A stretch of 64,000 bases of DNA from Octopus bimaculoides (taxonomy: Eukaryota). Position 1 is the first letter of the stretch. Each line of letters begins with the position of its first letter. The translations under genes and the position numbers were made by a program. The notes below the pieces were generated by a model that worked only from the letters and a program-made list of their open reading frames with translations, did no database searches and was not told the DNA's origin. The DNA is taken from NCBI RefSeq assembly GCF_001194135.2, contig NC_068989.1:60185053-60249052 (forward strand), read 5' to 3'. Below are positions 13,625 to 26,029 of this stretch, one piece after another.

Positions 13625-14740
13625 TTAGGTCGTCAAGTATGAAATTGGTAGTAAGGTATATGTTAAATTTGACAGCTGCTTGTTTTGCGTCCTTATATTT
13701 TGACAATCTTTATTTTTTATTAGAAATCTGACACATCTATTTCTTTATTCTAACTCATTTTGCGCTTTATAAAGTATTTATAAATCGTTTTTTGCTATTT
13801 TTGTTTAGAGATGGATAAGTCGAAAATTCGTACAGTTTTGAAATATGTGTTCTTTCTTGGTAGTGAAGGCGCAATGGCCCAGTGGTTAGGGCAGCGGACT
13901 CGCGGTCATAGGATCGCGGTTTCGATTCCCAGACCGGGCGTTGTGAGTGTTTATTGAACGAAAACACCTAAAGCTCCACGAGGCTCCGGCAGGGGATTGT
14001 GGTGAACCCTGCTGTACTCTTTCACCACAACTTTCTCTCACTCTTACTTCCTGTTTCTGTTGTGCCTGTAATTCAAAGGGTCAGCCTTGTCACACTGTGT
14101 CACGCTGAATATCCCCGAGAACTACGTTAAGGGTACACGTGTCTGTGGAGTGCTCAGCCACTTGCACGTTAATTTCACGAGCAGGCTGTTCCGTTGATCG
14201 GATCAACTGGAACCCTCGTCGTCGTAAGCGACGGAGTGCCAACAACAACAACATGTTCTTTCTTGGAAATACAGCATCACAGACAGCTCTGAATATTAAT
14301 GGAATATTTCATTATAATGTTATTACACAGCAGACAGTATCAAATTGGTCTGCAAAATTTCGTTCTGGTAACTTTGACCTCACAAATGAGCAACGCGGTC
14401 GACCAGAAACAAAGATAGATAATGACAAACTGAAAGCCACCGTCGAGTCAGATCCATCTCAAAGTGCCCGTGAATTATCGTTGTTGTTTGGTGTTAGCAT
14501 GCGAACAATATTGACTCACCTAGTTCAAATCGGTAAAGTGAAAAATTTGGATAAGTGGGTTTCACATGAACTCAATGAAAATTAGAAACGGCAACGATTG
14601 GAAGCCTGCATTATGCTACTTTCTTGTCACAGAAATGAATCGAATTGCAATAGGTGATGAGAAATGGATCCAATACAACAACCGTAAACGTCCAGCAAAC
14701 TTGTTTTTCTTTTCTACAAATTTCATACTTGATGACCTAA
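13625..14740 (+). mobile_element. Internally deleted mariner transposon with nested SINE
   Basis: 30-bp TIRs ttaggtcgtcaagtatgaaattggtagtaa and its inverse (27/30), TA flanks. Transposase from ATG 13811: MDKSKIRTVLKYVFFL[SINE]GNTASQTA...KFRSGNFDL...GRP...WVSHEL...IGDEKWIQYNN, then truncated. Confidence 0.92.
13865..14253 (+). mobile_element. SINE family A inserted in mariner transposase
   Basis: Complete head to (CAA)n tail; 13-bp duplication tgttctttcttgg on both sides (4 extra nt before the head). Confidence 0.95.
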
Positions 14741-14790
14741 TATTTGGCTTATACAATGAAATTCTTAAGGATCATTAACTGCGATAGTTT

Positions 14791-15456
14791 TATTTACATT
14801 TGACGGATATTTGTCCTCATCTTGTTAGTAAACCAGGGTTCTCATTCCTAAGGTATTTTTCGATGTTATTATTGTTTAGGTCACTGCTTGGAATCGAACT
14901 CGGAATTAGTAGGCCGCGCTCTTAACCCCTACGCCATATGCCCGTGGGCAATTATGGAGTGAATTTTAGGGATTATAAATCTAATATTTTTCTATCCTTC
15001 CTTAATACCGTTTCCCATATGCTGCTCATATCTGCACTCGGTCTGCTTAGGAGGTTGTTGTGTCCTAGCATAAGTTGCGCCATTTTTTAGTTTTCGTATT
15101 TTCCAGTGGTGTTCTCTATCTATTATTTTAACTTCGTCCCACAGGGCGAGGTGGTCTCTATCTTTCCATACATGATCAGCCATACCCGATTTATCAACAT
15201 CTCCTCGTGTCACAGCTTTGTGATCTTCATCTACATTTATTTTGAGGGGGTGACATGTTTCGCCTTTGTATAACCTACCACAGCTGCATGGGATGGAGTA
15301 CATGCAATCTTTGGTCATACTCTCTTCTATTGGTGGTTTTACTTGGAGGAGATATTTGCGAAATGTTGTATTACAAACAAGATGAGTACAAATATCCGTC
15401 AAATGTAAATAATGTAAATAATGTACATCATTCCTCATCTCTTAAATATAGAACTG
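14791..15456 (-). mobile_element. 5'-truncated Penelope-like element with GIY-YIG domain and inverted terminal segment
   Basis: Minus ORF: YSIPCSCGRLYKGET...SGMADHVWK...HLALWDEVKIIDREHHWKIRKLK. Plus-strand 15373-15456 is an inverted copy of the 3' end. Flanks tgcgatagttt (14780-14790) and tgcggtagttt (15457-15467) form an 11-bp TSD with 1 mismatch. Confidence 0.9.
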
Positions 15457-16478
15457 TGCGGTAGTTTTGTTGTTAAGTTCTGGTATATTTAATCAAACAT
15501 TCACAGCTTCGCTGAAAGGCAATTTTGTAACTGACTGCTGATATGTACAGTAAGGTGTACAAACGAAGTAAAGGTTGGGGGGCCAATACTCTGCCGCGAT
15601 TTCGAGTGTTTTAAAGTGGTTACGATATGAAGAGAAAACAAAAAAGCGAAAGAAAACGCGTCATGCCTCCATATCTTCCTACCGTCTCTTGATGTAATTA
15701 GTATTATCTGTTTATGAGCAGTTACAAATCCAATCAATATTTATATCTGAAAATAAGAAAGCTTAACAAGTAGGCTGTATTGATTTATTAAATAAGGAAA
15801 GAAACATAAAGATAAAAATAATTGTAAAACCAATTAGTTAGCATCAGAATAAAATAAGATAGTAGTTTTGAAAAAAAAATGTATATTATTTGTTTTATTT
15901 ATTCCATTGCACCTATAAGTGAATACGTGCTTTTGCGTTCTTCTCAGTGAAGTTAATTACTTCTCATGCTGAACTGATTCCAACTACAGCCCACCACTCT
16001 GAATAAATTTAAGTATATAATAATCACTTATGAAGTGACAAGAAATTATCAAGAATGTGCAATTAAAAGAAGTAATAAAAGAAGACATTTGCAAATAAAC
16101 CTGTTGTTTGGGTTCGTATGGAATCTGCACAACTGTAAGACATAATCTATTAGTTCGAATCGATATGGTGAGAGAGTTGATACCTCTTACTCGCAAAGAT
16201 GTTTTCCTAGTCTTGAGAAGATCAGGATGAAATAACATGATATGTATTTATACATGTGATTCCAAAGGCCTAGCCTTCGTTCGAATAGTTTATAATAAAT
16301 CTAAGACCGTGAGAAAGCAGCCGAGAAGAGACGGGATATCCACAGCCATCTCGAAAGAGTAAGACAGGAGAATAGTTTCTGTTGACTTGAAAAGAAAAAA
16401 TTGAACTATATAGTGTTTATGGCTTCGTCCGTGATTTGAAGCCGTACCTACTTTCTGAAGCAAACATACACATACACA

Positions 16479-16522
<44 letters not shown>

Positions 16523-17063
16523 NNNNNNNNNNNNNNNNNNNNNNNNNNNNNNNNNNNNNNNNNNNNNNNNNNNNNNNNNNNNNNNNNNNNNNNNNNNNNN
16601 NNNNNNNNNNNNNNNNNNNNNNNNNNNACACATAGAGCACACACACACACATAGAGCACACACACACACATAGAGCACACACACGTACATACGTGTGCAC
16701 GCGCACGCGCACGCACACACACCAAAAAACGAAAAAAGAAAAACTTCAGTTAATAATGATTTTTTTTTATAAACCGCTCAGCACAGAATTATAATGGTTT
16801 ATCATGTTGGAACATGACCAGAAATATATGAGGAAGCTTCAGTACCAATTAAATCGATTCCAAGTATACTAGTGGCACTGTATTGATCCCAAGTCAAGTT
16901 AGTAGTCGGAACATAGAGATTCGTAACTAAAAATTATAATACATTCAAGGTACGTAACTAAAAAGATTCAGTCCAGCACTATGCACTTAATTGATCATGC
17001 ACTGTCTTCATGCAGCAGTAACAGATCAATGAAGACTTTTTATGTCAGTGTTATTATTGCTCT

Positions 17064-17424
17064 GGAGGCGCAATGGCCCAGTGGTTAGGGCAGCGGACTC
17101 GCGGTCATAGGATCGCGGTTTCGATTCCCAGACCGGGCGTTGTGAGTGTTTATTGAGCGAAAACACCTAAAAGCTCCACGAAGCTCCGGCAGGGGATGGT
17201 GGCGAACCCTACTGTACTCTNNNNNNNNNNCTGTTGTGCCTGTAATTCAAAGGGTCAGCCTTGTCACACTGCGTCACGCTGAATATCCCCGAGAACTACG
17301 TTATGGGTAAACGTGTCTGTGGAGTGCTCAGCCACTTGCACGTTAATTTCACGAGCAGGCTGTTCCGTTGATCGGATCAACTGGAACCCTCGACGTCGTA
17401 AGCGACGGAGTGCCAACAACAACA
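17064..17424 (+). mobile_element. SINE family A
   Basis: Full head and tail; exact 12-bp TSD tattattgctct (17052-17063, 17425-17436); 10-N gap inside. Confidence 0.95.
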
Positions 17425-17919
17425 TATTATTGCTCTCTTGCGAAATCCGAGGGCGTTTAGAAACACTAACACCCCATTAACCAGCAAAGTTACTAATATA
17501 ATATATCTTCAGAATATATTCTTTAAGTGACAGTTAAATACTAAACTGATTAACATTTTTCAACTGTTTTTAATAACGGTATTGAAACCATTTTTTGTGG
17601 CAGTATTACTTTACACTCATTTCGAAAGTACTCATCACATGTCAGAAAGAAACTTTTCGCAAGACTTCCTGATGTTGTTTAGAATGTTTTTAATAAATAG
17701 TTATATTTGAAATGTCTTGACATTTTAGGATATTAAATTGTTACATTATTCTTGAACATATTCTTAAACGGAACATTAATTTTTCCCGAACATTGCACTC
17801 TTAAAATATCGTGGACACATTTAAGGGCAGTTTTATCCATTCTGCGTGAGTAGCTGTTTATTTATCATATTATTCAGAAAGCATTATCGAGCTAATAGAT
17901 TATTTAGTAGCTTCTTGAG

Positions 17920-18052
17920 TCCGGTGGATTGGCAGAATCTTTAGAGCGTCGGAAAAATACGTTGCATTATTTGTTCCGGTTCGCTAAGTTCAAATCCCAC
18001 CGAGATAAACTTTGCCCTTCATATTTGCTAGCCTTGTGCCTAAATTAAAAGC
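17920..18052 (+). mobile_element. Degenerate SINE family B copy lacking the central module
   Basis: ttggcagaatctttagagcgtcgg...aagttcaaatcccaccgag...actttgcccttcat joined to gctagccttgtgcctaaatt. Confidence 0.45.
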
Positions 18053-18063
18053 AATGTATTAGC

Positions 18064-18222
18064 TTGTAAACCTAAATTTCTGGTCTAAAATCAAAGTAAA
18101 AAGAGACTTTCTATAAACTTAGGAACTACAACGAAGGTACTTTTAGTACCTTCGTCGTAGTTCCTTAGTTTATAGAAAGTCTTTTTATATTTTGATTTTA
18201 GACGAGAGATATAGGTTTACAA
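18064..18222. repeat. Long hairpin / foldback (78-bp arms, 3-nt loop)
   Basis: ttgtaaacct...aggaactacaacgaaggtact TTT agtaccttcgtcgtagttcct...aggtttacaa; arms complementary with scattered mismatches. Confidence 0.9.
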
Positions 18223-20027
18223 TTTCTATAGTCTTAATCAAGGGGAAGACGAATGACCTTATAGTCATTACATTAATGAAAGAAAATTTGAAATAACCTT
18301 GAACATCAGTCCAATGTAACGAGACTCGTAGTATAAAATTTCCTGCTACAAAATACTTGTAAGTGATTCGAACCCATGAACCTGGTAGACCAACTTATTA
18401 GTTTCACAATTTGTGACCCCTACTAATGATTATCAATAGCTCCTTGCTTTGTTGTTAATTGCTTTCTCTCGTGAGAAATTAATAAGTGAAAATATTAGAA
18501 CGTAAGGTGTTATTTATCTTTCTAGTTTTTTTTTTTCACTCTGGTTACTCTTATCTAAAGCATCAAGTAATGGATGCACTTTGCGTTAGACACCCGTTGA
18601 CAAAAAGAGTCCAACAAAAATGAAAATAGAAAAAGAGTATAAGATAAAACCACAATTTAAGTAATGCAATAAGATGCTGTTTGTAATTCCATATATTGTC
18701 CAATGTCAAACTAGATGATTTTTCAAGGAGAAATGACAGAACTCATTAGGCCACTGTAAGGAAAACATGCAGAACTCATCAAGGCATGGCATTTAGCTCA
18801 AATACTTTATTCATTTCATTTATTCAATCTTAATTTGTCAGTTTCTTGGAAAGTGGTTCCTTTTCGATTGGACATTAATTAATTTATTATCCCAACAGGG
18901 AATAATCTTCTGTTTTAATATTAACTAATGTTTCTCTTCAAAGTGCACTCAAAGTGCATGCATATATGTATATATATATATATATNNNNNNNNNNNNNNN
19001 NNNNNNNNNNNNNNNNNNNNNNNNNNNNNNNNNNNNNNNNNNNNNNNNNNNNNNNNNNNNNNNNNNNNNNNNNNNNNNNNNNNNNNNNNNNNNNNNNNNN
19101 NNNNNNNNNNNNNNNNNNNNNNNNNNNNNNNNNNNNNNNNNNNNNNNNNNNNNNNNNNNNNNNNNNNNNNNNNNNNNNNNNNNNNNNNNNNNNNNNNNNN
19201 NNNNNNNNNNNNNNNNNNNNNNNNNNNNNNNNNNNNNNNNNNNNNNNNNNNNNNNNNNNNNNNNNNNNNNNNNNNNNNNNNNNNNNNNNNNNNNNNNNNN
19301 NNNNNNNNNNNNNNNNNNNNNNNNNNNNNNNNNNNNNNNNNNNNNNNNNNNNNNNNNNNNNNNNNNNNNNNTATGCAATTATGCGGAAAAACCAATTAAA
19401 TATAACAGAATGAGTGCATGGATTTGATATACCATATATAAGTATATGTAATATATGTATATGTATCTTGGTACCTTCCTGATTTCAATCTTCTACAGAG
19501 GCAGCTCTTATGATAGCAGTACGCTCTAGATATTAGCAGATGTACGGAATAAAGAAGACATTTTGCTTGTTCCCTCAATTCTTTTACAAAAAGAATCTTG
19601 TGTTTTGGATCTCTTTCCTCTAAAGTGTTAAAATAGAGATGTCGACGTAGTGATAATAAATATGATTAATCGATCTATTTTGACTGGTTTCTGTTGCATT
19701 ATCTTTACAAGAACGAGGAGCGAACTCTCAGTATTCAGAAATTAGGAGTCGAGTTGTAAATATTGAAATTTATGTTGATGTTCAAATTCTTTAATTACTT
19801 TATCGTAGTCCATTACTCATTCTATATTTAATTAAACAACTCCTTTAAAGAAGGAGCTTTCTACGAAACTATTAAAGGCTTTTGCTATTAACAGTTGTTT
19901 TGAAATCTCACAATCTTTTGCTATTTTTAATCTGTATAACCACATCTAAGTATAATTGATAATAGCCAGTATAACAATTAGCTAGTTGGTTGGTTTCTCT
20001 AGTCACACTTTACATCATATTGAGAAA

Positions 20028-20031
<4 letters not shown>

Positions 20032-20116
<85 letters not shown>
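20032..20116. repeat. (GA)n microsatellite
   Basis: Direct reading. Confidence 0.97.
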
Positions 20117-20118
<2 letters not shown>

Positions 20119-21394
20119 ATAGGGATATACAAAACGAGTTAAGATTAGAGGTTAAAGATGAGTGTCTTATAACTCTGTGACAAATACATTATTACATGAA
20201 AATCTGCAGCGATAGGTTTTCGGTGGTGTACATAACAATTATGTTGGTAAAATTAAGAAAAAGTAATAATATATGCTTATTCTACAATTAAATAAGTCAA
20301 ATGAGAAACGTATATACTGTATGGTATTACTCCTTCCCTCTGTATATAGTCTATACTTTATCGCAGAGCCACACGTATATATATTATATCCTGTAATATA
20401 TTACTACACCTATATATATTATANNNNNNNNNNNNNNNNNNNNNNNNNNNNNNNNNNNNNNNNNNNNNNNNNNNNNNNNNNNNNNNNNNNNNNNNNNNNN
20501 NNNNNNNNNNNNNNNNNNNNNNNNNNNNNNNNNNNNNNNNNNNNNNNNNNNNNNNNNNNNNNNNNNNNNNNNNNNNNNNNNNNNNNNNNNNNNNNNNNNN
20601 NNNNNNNNNNNNNNNNNNNNNNNNNNNNNNNNNNNNNNNNNNNNNNNNNNNNNNNNNNNNNNNNNNNNNNNNNNNNNNNNNNNNNNNNNNNNNNNNNNNN
20701 NNNNNNNNNNNNNNNNNNNNNNNNNNNNNNNNNNNNNNNNNNNNNNNNNNNNNNNNNNNNNNNNNNNNNNNNNNNNNNNNNNNNNNNNNNNNNNNNNNNN
20801 NNNNNNNNNNNNNNNNNNNNNNNNNNNNNNNNNNNNNNNNNNNNNNNNNNNNNNNNNNNNNNNNNNNNNNNNNNNNNNNNNNNNNNNNNNNNNNNNNNNN
20901 NNNNNNNNNNNNNNNNNNNNNNNNNNCACACACACACACACACACACACATATTAGACAAAATGAAATAAGAAAGCCAAGGCTGTGAGAAGTTTTCAGGA
21001 CATTTATGAGGAAAAACAGCTAACAACAACAACGGACCATGCTCCACCCCTCCATTTTCCAAAAATACTGATAGCACTACTCCTAAGCACCCATATGCGC
21101 ACATGTATATATAGAAGACTATACGTATCAAACTATCACAGAATTTCGCAAATCTGAAACACCCTTCACTTTCGAACAACAAATTTCCTCATCAAAGCAA
21201 AAAGTTCTGCACTCTCATACACATATCATATACATATTTTATCTTCAAGCATCTGTAAATATTTATCTCAAATACAAATACAATTTATACTAATTCTTCA
21301 ATATTGTAGCATACGTTTCTACACAACTAAACACTAACGCAAGAAGTAAATCAATAATTAACAAATATATTATAAAAAACCAAAAAACTCTAAG

Positions 21395-21850
21395 ATGAGT
21401 ACGCCACAACAAAAATCTAAACAAAATTGGTCTGAGAAGGAAATAGACCTGATAAATTCATGGTACTGTCTTGGTCAAACGGAGATCATAGACACATCAT
21501 GCCGCGACCTAATGGCCAGACGTACAATTCAACTCTTCAGAAATCGCTCCGAAAAGCAGATTCAAAACAAACTTAAACAAATTGAAATGGCATTTAAATT
21601 AATTGACATTTTGAAAAACTCCAGCGTGTTTTCTCTTCAAATACTTGTCAACAGCAACAACCACCACCACGGAAACAACAACAACAACCAAGGCAACAAC
21701 AGTAACCACACCGGCAACAACAACAGCCACCACGGCAACAATAACAACAACCATCAAAGCAACAACAACGACCACCGCAGCAAAAACAACAACAATCACC
21801 ACAGTAACAACAACAACAACAACAACAACAACCACAGCAGGAACAACTGA
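21395..21850 (+). CDS. Myb/SANT-like ORF followed by an (AAC)-based low-complexity tract (putative LINE ORF1)
   Basis: NWSEKEIDLI...RNRSEKQIQNKLK fits the W(S/T)xxExxL...RSxxQIxxK pattern; motif read by eye only. Confidence 0.45.
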   Translation: MSTPQQKSKQNWSEKEIDLINSWYCLGQTEIIDTSCRDLMARRTIQLFRNRSEKQIQNKLKQIEMAFKLIDILKNSSVFSLQILVNSNNHHHGNNNNNQGNNSNHTGNNNSHHGNNNNNHQSNNNDHRSKNNNNHHSNNNNNNNNNHSRNN

Positions 21851-24275
21851 CCCAGCCCTAACCTTCAACACTCCTTAATTCAACCACAATTGATGACCTA
21901 CTTAATGAAACGGTCAACTTCTCAGATTCCAGCTGTTCACAGCCCATTCAACCAGTTTGTTACCCACCCATCAAATCTTCAACAGCAGCAACAATTACAG
22001 TAAGAACCACAACTGCAACTTTACAACCACAGCTAAAACAACCACCTCAAAAACAGCAACAGACACAGCTTCAAACGACTGCTATCCCATTTTGTGATCA
22101 ACCAGCTAAATGCTTACTTGAAGACCCCTTAATGAATTTGCCAAACACATCATGGCAGACAGTTGTAGATACTGTAACAAATATATGCGCGAAACATACT
22201 CCATTAAGATTAGTATAGAAATCTTAGTGCAGAATCCTTAGAAATAGAAGAGCAATTATCAGAAAAATAAAAAGAATTAACAAGAAAATCAATCAACTTA
22301 AATACTGCCAGAAAAAAACTCACCCATTCGACTGCCATTGCATCACACGAATCGAAAAAAAACACAACCTTCGAAAAAGCATGATGATCATCATTAACAG
22401 ACAAAGAGCAGCTGAGGAGAGTTGGGACAGTGAGAAAATAAAACTTAATCCCAAAGTGTTCTTTTCATTTGCAAAAAAAACCCTAAAAAAACGTAAAGAT
22501 GCTGTTCCCACTGTTGGTCCTCTGGTTCATGAGAACAACACTCTACATGATGATGCAAAATCCATGTGCGAGATACTGCAGTGACAATACTGCTCTGTTT
22601 TCAGTAACGCTAATGCAGCTGATCTGGCTAGTATCAGTGATGTAAATCCTCAACTAACCATATCCGACATACTTTTGGTGCTCCTGATATTCTAACAGAA
22701 ATAGATAAGATCAAGCACAACTCGGCAGTAGGTCCCTATAAGTTCTCGGCCACTGTCCTGAATATGTGTCGATATCAAATTGCACTCCCTCTAGTTGAGC
22801 TCTAGAGAAACTTACTTGATGCAGGTTACATTCCTGATCATTTTCTTTACCAGTCTGTTGTTCTATTCTTCAAAAAGGGAAACAAATCTCTTCCAGTGAA
22901 CTACCATCCGATTTCACTCACTTCTCATATCATTAAAGTATTTGAGAGGGTGGTGAGATCACGAATAGTTCACTTCCTCGAAGACAGCAATCTGCTGAAC
23001 CCCAGGCAGCATGGTTTCCGTGATGGCAGGGACTGCTTGTCGCAGCTTCTGCACCAATTTGATGACATCCTAAAAGCAATGAAAGAAGGCTCCAACATTG
23101 ACGTCATATACCTTAATTTCAAGGCATTCAACAGAATGGACAACAAAATCCTGCTGAAGAAACTGTCCAACATTGGTGCCCGTGGAAAGCTGCTGCAGTA
23201 GATAAAGTGTTTCCTGACGAACAGAACCCAATTTGTTGTGCTTGAGGGAATACGATCCAGGTTAGCCAAAGTCAGTAGTGGTGTCCCACAAGGAACTGTG
23301 TTGGGCCCACTCCTCTTTATTATCTACATCAATGACATAGTAGACGTCATCAAACATTCTACGTTGAAAATCTTTGCAGATGATTCCAAACTCCAGAAAT
23401 CCATAAACGGCATGGGAGACCGAACATGCCTTCAGTCGGATCTGTTTGCTGTTGTCCAACGGAAAAAAAACAATATGCTTCTAAATGAAGATAAGTTCGA
23501 TTCGATCCACTTTGGAAAAGAGGATACTCTGAAATTACCATATGTTCTTCCCTCGGGTGACTCCCTACTGTCATCCAACAAAACCAGAGACCTTGGAGTC
23601 ATTTTTTATAACAATCCAAGCTGGAGTTCCCACGTAAACAGCAAGGTTGACATGGCATCAACCTTCTCTACTCTACTTTTGCCCGACCCCACCTTGAATA
23701 CTGTTGCCCACTGTGGTCTCCCCATACGAAGCAACTCATTATGAAAGTGGAAACACTCCAGAGGTCAATAACAAGAAAGATAGACGACACGAGAGGCATT
23801 GACTATTGGGGTCGACTAAAAAACTCAATCTCTACTCTCTCCAACGCTGCCGGGAGCGCTACATCATTTGTGTGATGTGCAAAATATTCCATCAATATTG
23901 CACAAATAATGCTGGCTTCAATTTTAAAATCCATTCAAGACTTGGGCCCAGTACTATCCGGCCACTGCAAAAATCGACCTCAAGACACATAGCAACATTA
24001 CGTCACAATTACTTTACCTCAACCGGTCCAGCTCTCTTGAATACCGTACCAAAATACGTCAAAATGGAAGTGGATCCCATAAAATTCAAATATTTACTGG
24101 ACAAATTTCTTCAAAAAATCCCGGACCAATCTCCTATACCCAGATATGACTCCAACAATAATAACTCTTTGTTAGAGTGGGCCATAGTGCTCCATATATG
24201 ACTAAAAGACTTCACCAGGTGGTGCTATTAAGTTAGACAATGCTTGGGCCTATACTGACCGAAACCTATCAAAGT

Positions 24276-24277
<2 letters not shown>
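21395..24277 (+). mobile_element. CR1-type LINE, decayed, with atypical 5' region
   Basis: RT motifs NYHPISLTSHIIKVFER, QHGFR, SGVPQGTVLGPLLF, FADD (23373-23384); C-terminal LNLYSLQRCRERY...NSLLEW; 3' end tcaaagtt followed by (CA)n. The 5' boundary is uncertain. Confidence 0.88.
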
Positions 24278-24307
<30 letters not shown>

Positions 24308-24501
24308 TATACATATACACATATATACATATATATATACATACATATAAACATATATATATACACACACACACANNNNNNNNNNNNNNNNNNNNNNNNN
24401 NNNNNNNNNNNNNNNNNNNNNNNNNNNNNNNNNNNNNNNNNNNNNNNNNNNNNNNNNNTATATATATACATATATAAACATATATATACATATATGCATA
24501 C

Positions 24502-24799
24502 ATATAATTATCAAACAGGACGTCAAACATTAAGGCAAGGCAAATAATATAAAATACTATTACAGGAAGAAATGCAAAATCTTACAGCTGTTTGTGGGAT
24601 ATCCTCGAGTATGGGATATTCCATCAACAGAGACAAATTGGGGGGGAAATGTGTGGAAAATGAGAATGGTGTATATCAATAAGATGACAACATAGAAGAA
24701 GGGGATAAAAAAATAAGGAGATGGAACATTTCTTCCTGTAATAATATTGTATACGATTTGCCTTGCCTTAATGTTTGACGTCCTGTTTAACAATTATAT
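24502..24799. repeat. Inverted repeat (about 72-bp arms, about 152-bp spacer), unclassified foldback
   Basis: 24502-24574 (aaacaggacgtcaaacattaaggcaaggcaaat...tattacaggaagaaatg) is the inverse of 24727-24799. Confidence 0.85.
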
Positions 24800-25644
24800 A
24801 TACCGTCTCGGCTATAACCTTGGAGCCCCACTAATCCCTTACAGCACTTACTTAGCGTTTAGATCACCTGTGAACTAAACCCCCATACTTTGTATATATA
24901 TCTATACATAAGTTAGATGTTAGAGCTCTTGAAAGAAGTGTCCCCAAAGAAACTGACGCACCTTGTATATTAAATGATGTATAACTACACCTTCTTGCAT
25001 TTGTTATATAATTACACTTCTATTATTTGCATCTAAAAATGCTGCATTAGCTGCACCAATGTATCGTCAGAAATTTTTTACGTATTCAAAATATTATTAT
25101 AGCTTAATATATTAAATTCTCAGATTATTAGATATTTCTAAAATATGAATTGCTCGAAGGCATAACACATTAACCACAATAGGCATTATGTGCATGACTC
25201 AGGTTAAAAGTCACGCCCCTATGCTTATATCAGATATTCACAGATCTACTATATTATAGATATATCTCAATCTAAGTACGCATATTTCCTATTTTCCTTA
25301 GTGTCTAGAAGGCTGTTTGCTTTAATCAATATATATATTTAATCTAAGTCACTCCGTTTTGGCAGTGGTGTTGGATGTTTTCCATATAATAGATTCAACT
25401 GATAAGTTTTGTCCCTGTCGACAATTCTGTTCATACAGTTTTACTTGTTATGACTTCATTCTTACTTATTGTTTTACCGAATTTAACTTGTGGTGGAGGT
25501 TTTTATATTTCAGAAATACTTCACCTTTTATCTCTGTATGTGTCTGAGCTATCAATCTCGAATTACGAGTATAATCCACGAAAAGTTTGAGAGAATTTTA
25601 AAGTCAATCGGTTATAAGACCTTTATTGATATATTTCACGTTGT

Positions 25645-26029
25645 TTGTTTGTTGGCACTCCGTCGCTTACGACGTCGAGGGTTCCAGTCGATCCGATCAA
25701 CGGAACAGCCTGCTCGTGAAATTAACGTGCAAGTGGCTGAGCACTCCACAGCCACGTGTACCCTTAACGTAGTTCTCGGGGATATTCAGCGTGACGCAGT
25801 GTGACAAGGCTGGCCCTTTGAAATACAGGTACAACAGAAACAGGAAGAAAGTGTGAGAGAAAGTTGTGGTGGAAGAGTACAGCAGGGTTCGCCACCATCC
25901 CCTGCCGGAGCCTCGTGGAGCTTTAGGTGTTTTCGCTCAATAAACACTCACAACGCCCGGTCTGGGAATCGAAACCGCGATCCTATGATTGCGAGTCCGC
26001 TGCCCTAACTACTGGGCCATTGCGCCTCC
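25645..26029 (-). mobile_element. SINE family A
   Basis: Full length; exact 13-bp TSD tatttcacgttgt (25632-25644, 26030-26042). Confidence 0.95.

Noticed and set aside
13865-13945. tRNA-like sequence (also in the other SINE heads and at 36963-37035)
   Set aside because: No proper acceptor stem; it continues into a SINE or PLE body, so it is tRNA-derived rather than a tRNA gene
24255-24270. ctgaccgaaac resembling a hammerhead core
   Set aside because: No CUGAnGA, no stem II; it is part of the CR1 3' UTR
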